This document shows, piece by piece, positions 28,132 through 32,000 of a DNA stretch of 32,000 nt. A model generated the notes under the pieces. The model was not told the origin of the DNA and made no database searches. It was given only the letters and a program-made list of their open reading frames with translations. The translations under genes were made by a program, and so were the position numbers. Positions within the stretch are counted from its first letter, which is position 1, and each line of letters begins with the position of its first letter. The stretch comes from Candidatus Hermodarchaeota archaeon (GTDB lineage Archaea > Asgardarchaeota > Heimdallarchaeia > Hodarchaeales > Hodarchaeaceae): assembly GCA_048886185.1 (NCBI GenBank), contig JBHLKY010000012.1, forward strand, positions 139,313 to 171,312, given 5' to 3'.

Positions 28132-28968
28132 TTGGCACGTATGGAACAAAAAATTCAAATCTCAAAATTCCCCGCGATTTCAAAAACTGCGCTATTGCCA
28201 TTGTATTGTAGGGCAATCGATTATCAGGCAAAAAATTCGATATTAAAAGATAAATTCTCTTATGATCTCTATAATCGGATTGAATTTGATTGGAATATTA
28301 TAAAAAAAACAGTACGAAGCTTTGATCCGATATTAATGGGGATACGAGTGAGAAAGTTTGACCAAATGTGTAGACAATTCATAGAGAAACATCCCAATGG
28401 AATAATTGTGAGTTTAGGATCAGGAATAGATTATCGTTTTGGGAGAATTGATAATAATCGATGTTACTTTGTCGATTTGGATTTTCCTGAAGTCTTGGAA
28501 TTTAGAAAATTAATCACTCCAATTTCAACACGGAATATATTGATTGGACAATCAGTTTTGAATTATTCGTGGATTAATCAAATTTTGGAACTCAGTATGG
28601 AACATCGTGCACAAATTTTCTTCATTGCAGAAGGGTTGATGGTATATTTAGAGATACCAGAAATGCAAGAATTGCTAAAAAATATAGGTCAGGCCTTTCC
28701 TCAAGCAGAAATTTTTTTTGACATGTTTAGTGAAAGAGCCAAAAAACTTGCTGAGAGTAAATTAATGTTTAAAGATTTGAATGTGAAAATAAAGAGTGCA
28801 TTAAATTCCGGGAAGCTGATGGAGAAATGGGGGATTGGATTTAAGGTATTATCAGAATGGTATTTCTCAGACGATTCAGATGCAAAAAGAAGTTGGATGA
28901 AATTGATATGGGTAATTCCAGCAGTGAGAAAATTACAATATTTTATACATGGAAAGTTTGAAAAATAA
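28132..28968 (+). CDS. SAM-dependent methyltransferase, LCM / O-methyltransferase (COG3315-like)
   Basis: 'TALLPLYCRA', 'IVSLGSGIDYRF', 'DLDFPEV', 'FIAEGLMVYL'. The start may be the ATG at 28141. Confidence 0.88.
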   Translation: MARMEQKIQISKFPAISKTALLPLYCRAIDYQAKNSILKDKFSYDLYNRIEFDWNIIKKTVRSFDPILMGIRVRKFDQMCRQFIEKHPNGIIVSLGSGIDYRFGRIDNNRCYFVDLDFPEVLEFRKLITPISTRNILIGQSVLNYSWINQILELSMEHRAQIFFIAEGLMVYLEIPEMQELLKNIGQAFPQAEIFFDMFSERAKKLAESKLMFKDLNVKIKSALNSGKLMEKWGIGFKVLSEWYFSDDSDAKRSWMKLIWVIPAVRKLQYFIHGKFEK

Positions 28969-29174
28969 GATTGGTGTGATTTGACATAGCACAAAAAATG
29001 TAAATTTCAGATTTCCCATGGTTTCAAATTCTGCGTTGATGAATATCATCTCCATCGGAATCAGGATTAAAAATCCACCCAGATATTTGCAATGTTTTTC
29101 GAACTTGAACTCAAATTTTTTTGATCAATATAATTACATATAATTATGATTTTGATTATTCATCTTAAGGAACT

Positions 29175-30146
29175 GTGATAATAATGCAGATTATCGAGTA
29201 TGATGAGGCTGATCCTGTAGAAATACTCCAACTTAATCTATTGGGCTTAGATTTCGCATTAACGCCACAAAGGGTAGAACTTATTCGACGACTTGATCCA
29301 CGTCCTTTTCCTTTTTTTGCTTTATATGCTGTCGTGGACGGAGTTCTTGCTGGACAAGTAGGTGTTTTCCGCTTACCCATGATTTCTGCTGAAGGACCAG
29401 AAGATGTGGGAGGAGTTTGGGCCGTACTCACGCATCCAACTTTTACGCGAAGAAAAATCGCTGATCAATTATTGAACGAAGCCCATGAGATTATGCAGGC
29501 AGAAGGTCTAAGATTCTCAACTCTTGGTACTTCAAAATTTCGAGTAGCTCATATCCTGTATCAAAAACAGGCCTATCGGGATTCGTTCTCCTCTTCCACA
29601 ATATTCCTTCGAAAAGAAGATGTTATAAACCGCAATGAAGGGCTTCGGGCAGTCCTTGCTAGTTCTGATCGTTTATCTCTAGCAGATGACCTTTTCCGAA
29701 GAGTTGCTAGGAATCGACTTGGATTTGCTAAGCGATATGAACCATTTATCCCTGCAATGGTCACAATCGGGGAAATAGCAATGGGAAAAATTGAAGAAAA
29801 TAACGTTTGGTTTCTATGGAAAGACGACAAATTGGTTGGATACTTCATAGCAAAATATTCAGAATCAATCCTAAATATCCTCGACACTTTGCTTCTTGAG
29901 GAAATAAATCCAGTTGCAGCAATTTCAGCTCTTACCGAAGAATTATCTGCATCTTACATTCAAGTCAAATCGAACAATAATTCATTAACTACAAGTCTAT
30001 CAAAAGTAGGAGGGAAAATTATTCCCCAAGATTGGAACACATTTATGATAAAACCATTAATGCAAGAAGTTATGAACATAGACCTGAAAAGCTTTTTTGG
30101 TATTAGTACCAAACGATTCTTGTTCTCTTGGATGGATTGTACGTAA
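29175..30146 (+). CDS. GNAT-family N-acetyltransferase (Eis-like, extended)
   Basis: 'GGVWAVLTHPTFTRRKIADQLLNEAH', 'VAHILYQKQAY'. The start is probably the ATG at 29184 (MQIIEY). Confidence 0.85.
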   Translation: MIIMQIIEYDEADPVEILQLNLLGLDFALTPQRVELIRRLDPRPFPFFALYAVVDGVLAGQVGVFRLPMISAEGPEDVGGVWAVLTHPTFTRRKIADQLLNEAHEIMQAEGLRFSTLGTSKFRVAHILYQKQAYRDSFSSSTIFLRKEDVINRNEGLRAVLASSDRLSLADDLFRRVARNRLGFAKRYEPFIPAMVTIGEIAMGKIEENNVWFLWKDDKLVGYFIAKYSESILNILDTLLLEEINPVAAISALTEELSASYIQVKSNNNSLTTSLSKVGGKIIPQDWNTFMIKPLMQEVMNIDLKSFFGISTKRFLFSWMDCT

Positions 30147-30158
30147 TTACTGAGTCTC

Positions 30159-31898
30159 CTAGTCAACAGGGACTAATTTAGTGATAATTTTTCCACAAGA
30201 GCCACAACTTTCTGGAATGTGATGTCGGTCTTTAACTTCAAATATATTCTCACATTCGCTACATTGCCACCGTGAGGGTGAGAGGAACTCTGATTCCAAC
30301 TGTAAGAATATTTTTATAAAGCGATTTAATATTTGATCGACTTTCCCGCTAATTTGTCCCACCTCACTAGCCTTTCTAAGTTCTTGGGGTGATTCAGAAT
30401 CACTTAGCAGCTTCAGATCTTGATTTAGATTGTTAATTTGGATCTGTAGTTCTTCTGTGTTCGGTACTGATTTTATAATGTCCCTCGTCAAAATCCATTC
30501 CAGAAGAAAGTCAATCTTCTTCAAAATAGCTTCAGCTTGGCGAGTAGCATCCTCTTTCGAAGTAATATCAGGGAGTTTCTGAATTTCATCTAATAATTCT
30601 CCCAAATACGTCTTTAAATCCCCTTGTAATCTCAACTGCGTATACATTCGTAATAGGGTGATATAATGTGAGAATTGTTTATCTGGATCGGCTTTTACTA
30701 GAACTGAGCTGGTAATTTCACGAATATTCTCTAGTTCACAGTCTTTTGGATCTGCTGGGGTTCCAATAGGTGTTTTCCAACGAGAATAAATAACAATTTG
30801 TTTGCCACGAGTGTAATTCAGATCGACATACTCTCGATTCTTCGCTGATAAACACTCCCAGTATTGATAGCTAGATTTCTCCTCATCTTGAACCAATTGT
30901 TCTGGATCTGCATTACAGAAAGTACATCCTGAGATAGTTTCTTCTTCTGATCGGTTCATTTTCCCACAAGCGAAACAGTAGAAGAAAGTGTACTCTGTTG
31001 TGAACTTACCAAAGGTACCTGTACCTGAGACTTGAGAATCATCCGCCGCACGGCGCATTCGAGAGAAAAGAGAGTCAGAATCATCTAGCATTGCTGTTAA
31101 AGACCCACCTAGCCCTTCAACAGCTTCACTTCGTTCTTTTTCCTCCTGTTTCTTTCTTAAATACTCTTCTCTCTCCTCTGGACTCATTTTCTCGATTAGT
31201 TTCAGTTCTTTCACACGAGTTTGAAGCCTATTTCTATCAGCAGGGGACAGTGCTTCCAAAAAATCTGGTGGAAGAGCTGTTATTTCTTCCATATTCATTT
31301 CTTCAAAATCTGTGCGCAATTCTCGCATGGTTCCAGAAGAAGGCATTAATGGAGCGGAACCAGGAGGAGGAGGGGGAGGAGGAACTCCAGAAGTAATACT
31401 TCGGCCTGGTACAGGTGGTGGTTGAGCTGTAGAGGAAATAATGGGTCTCGGTACTGAAACTCGATTTATAGCTCCCATAATTCTCTCTTCTAAATCATCT
31501 AAAAATCCTGCAGTGGTTTGAAATTTTTCTTTCTGCTCAGTGTGAATTTTCTGAATTTCAATCAAGAGATGTTGACTTAAAGCATCTAATCGGGGAAAAA
31601 TAGAAGAAAGTATGTCAAACATAATCCATTGTTGAGCCTCAGAGAACTCACCATAAGGTTCCGCGCGTAATGACTTCATTTGGGGGTAGATCTCGAGGGT
31701 ATCCATATTTCTCTTCGCCCAAGACCAGATAGTTGACTTCTTCTTGGAACTACCAAGGAGAGCTTCAGCTATCTGAGCAAATGATTCATTATTTCGTCTT
31801 CTAATAATTATTTCCTCGCGTTTTTGATCCGAGTTCATAAAAAACCAAGGAGCTTCAGAATTAGATGCCATTTTAAGACACCAGAACCCTATAACCAT
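30159..31898 (-). CDS. Hypothetical protein: N-terminal HTH-like segment, Pro7 tract, two Cys4 zinc ribbons, helical regions
   Basis: 'SFAQIAEALLGSSKKKSTIWSW', 'PPPVPG...GVPPPPPPPGSAP', 'CFAC...CTFC', 'CSEC...CGSC'. Confidence 0.8.
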   Translation of the reverse strand: MVIGFWCLKMASNSEAPWFFMNSDQKREEIIIRRRNNESFAQIAEALLGSSKKKSTIWSWAKRNMDTLEIYPQMKSLRAEPYGEFSEAQQWIMFDILSSIFPRLDALSQHLLIEIQKIHTEQKEKFQTTAGFLDDLEERIMGAINRVSVPRPIISSTAQPPPVPGRSITSGVPPPPPPPGSAPLMPSSGTMRELRTDFEEMNMEEITALPPDFLEALSPADRNRLQTRVKELKLIEKMSPEEREEYLRKKQEEKERSEAVEGLGGSLTAMLDDSDSLFSRMRRAADDSQVSGTGTFGKFTTEYTFFYCFACGKMNRSEEETISGCTFCNADPEQLVQDEEKSSYQYWECLSAKNREYVDLNYTRGKQIVIYSRWKTPIGTPADPKDCELENIREITSSVLVKADPDKQFSHYITLLRMYTQLRLQGDLKTYLGELLDEIQKLPDITSKEDATRQAEAILKKIDFLLEWILTRDIIKSVPNTEELQIQINNLNQDLKLLSDSESPQELRKASEVGQISGKVDQILNRFIKIFLQLESEFLSPSRWQCSECENIFEVKDRHHIPESCGSCGKIITKLVPVD

Positions 31899-32000
31899 GA
31901 TTATTTTAGTTCTAATTTACGATTGAAATAGTAATTATTAGTGAACGTTCATATAAACTTTATTAAAGTTCACATCTAAACAGTTCAAAAAAATTTCGAA

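Noticed and set aside
26254-31396. ORFs 26254-26472, 27030-27245, 28701-28994, 29165-29431, 29573-29887, 29960-30166 and 31091-31396
   Set aside because: Antisense or alternative-frame overlaps of well-supported genes.
1-32000. CRISPR arrays, rRNA genes, IS elements, integrases
   Set aside because: No regularly spaced repeats, rRNA-like GC-rich stretch, or transposase/recombinase motifs were seen by eye.

Overview
AT-rich archaeal DNA, most likely from an Asgard archaeon (inference, possibly Heimdallarchaeia/Hodarchaeales). Supporting signs: several Rab-like small GTPases without prenylation motifs, A1-U72 tRNA-Gln genes without encoded CCA, a PGF-CTERM sorting signal, an HTH_10 regulator and a PflX-like radical SAM protein. 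The left third holds a truncated ABC permease and three Rab-like paralogues. One paralogue is a multiply disrupted pseudogene missing from the ORF track. Two of the paralogues bracket a 2192-aa single-pass surface protein whose cytoplasmic tail has a longin-like topology. The middle and right hold metabolic and accessory genes. Four signals stand out: (1) a bacterial-type glutaminyl-tRNA synthetase, not expected in archaea, convergent with both tRNA-Gln genes, which carry G73 and A37 on an archaeal scaffold; (2) an orphan T6SS Hcp tube protein with an N-terminal membrane anchor or signal peptide, next to a PGF-CTERM protein; (3) the Rab/longin receptor locus; (4) a polyproline, double zinc-ribbon protein. 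All family assignments come from motif recognition by eye; no searches were run.
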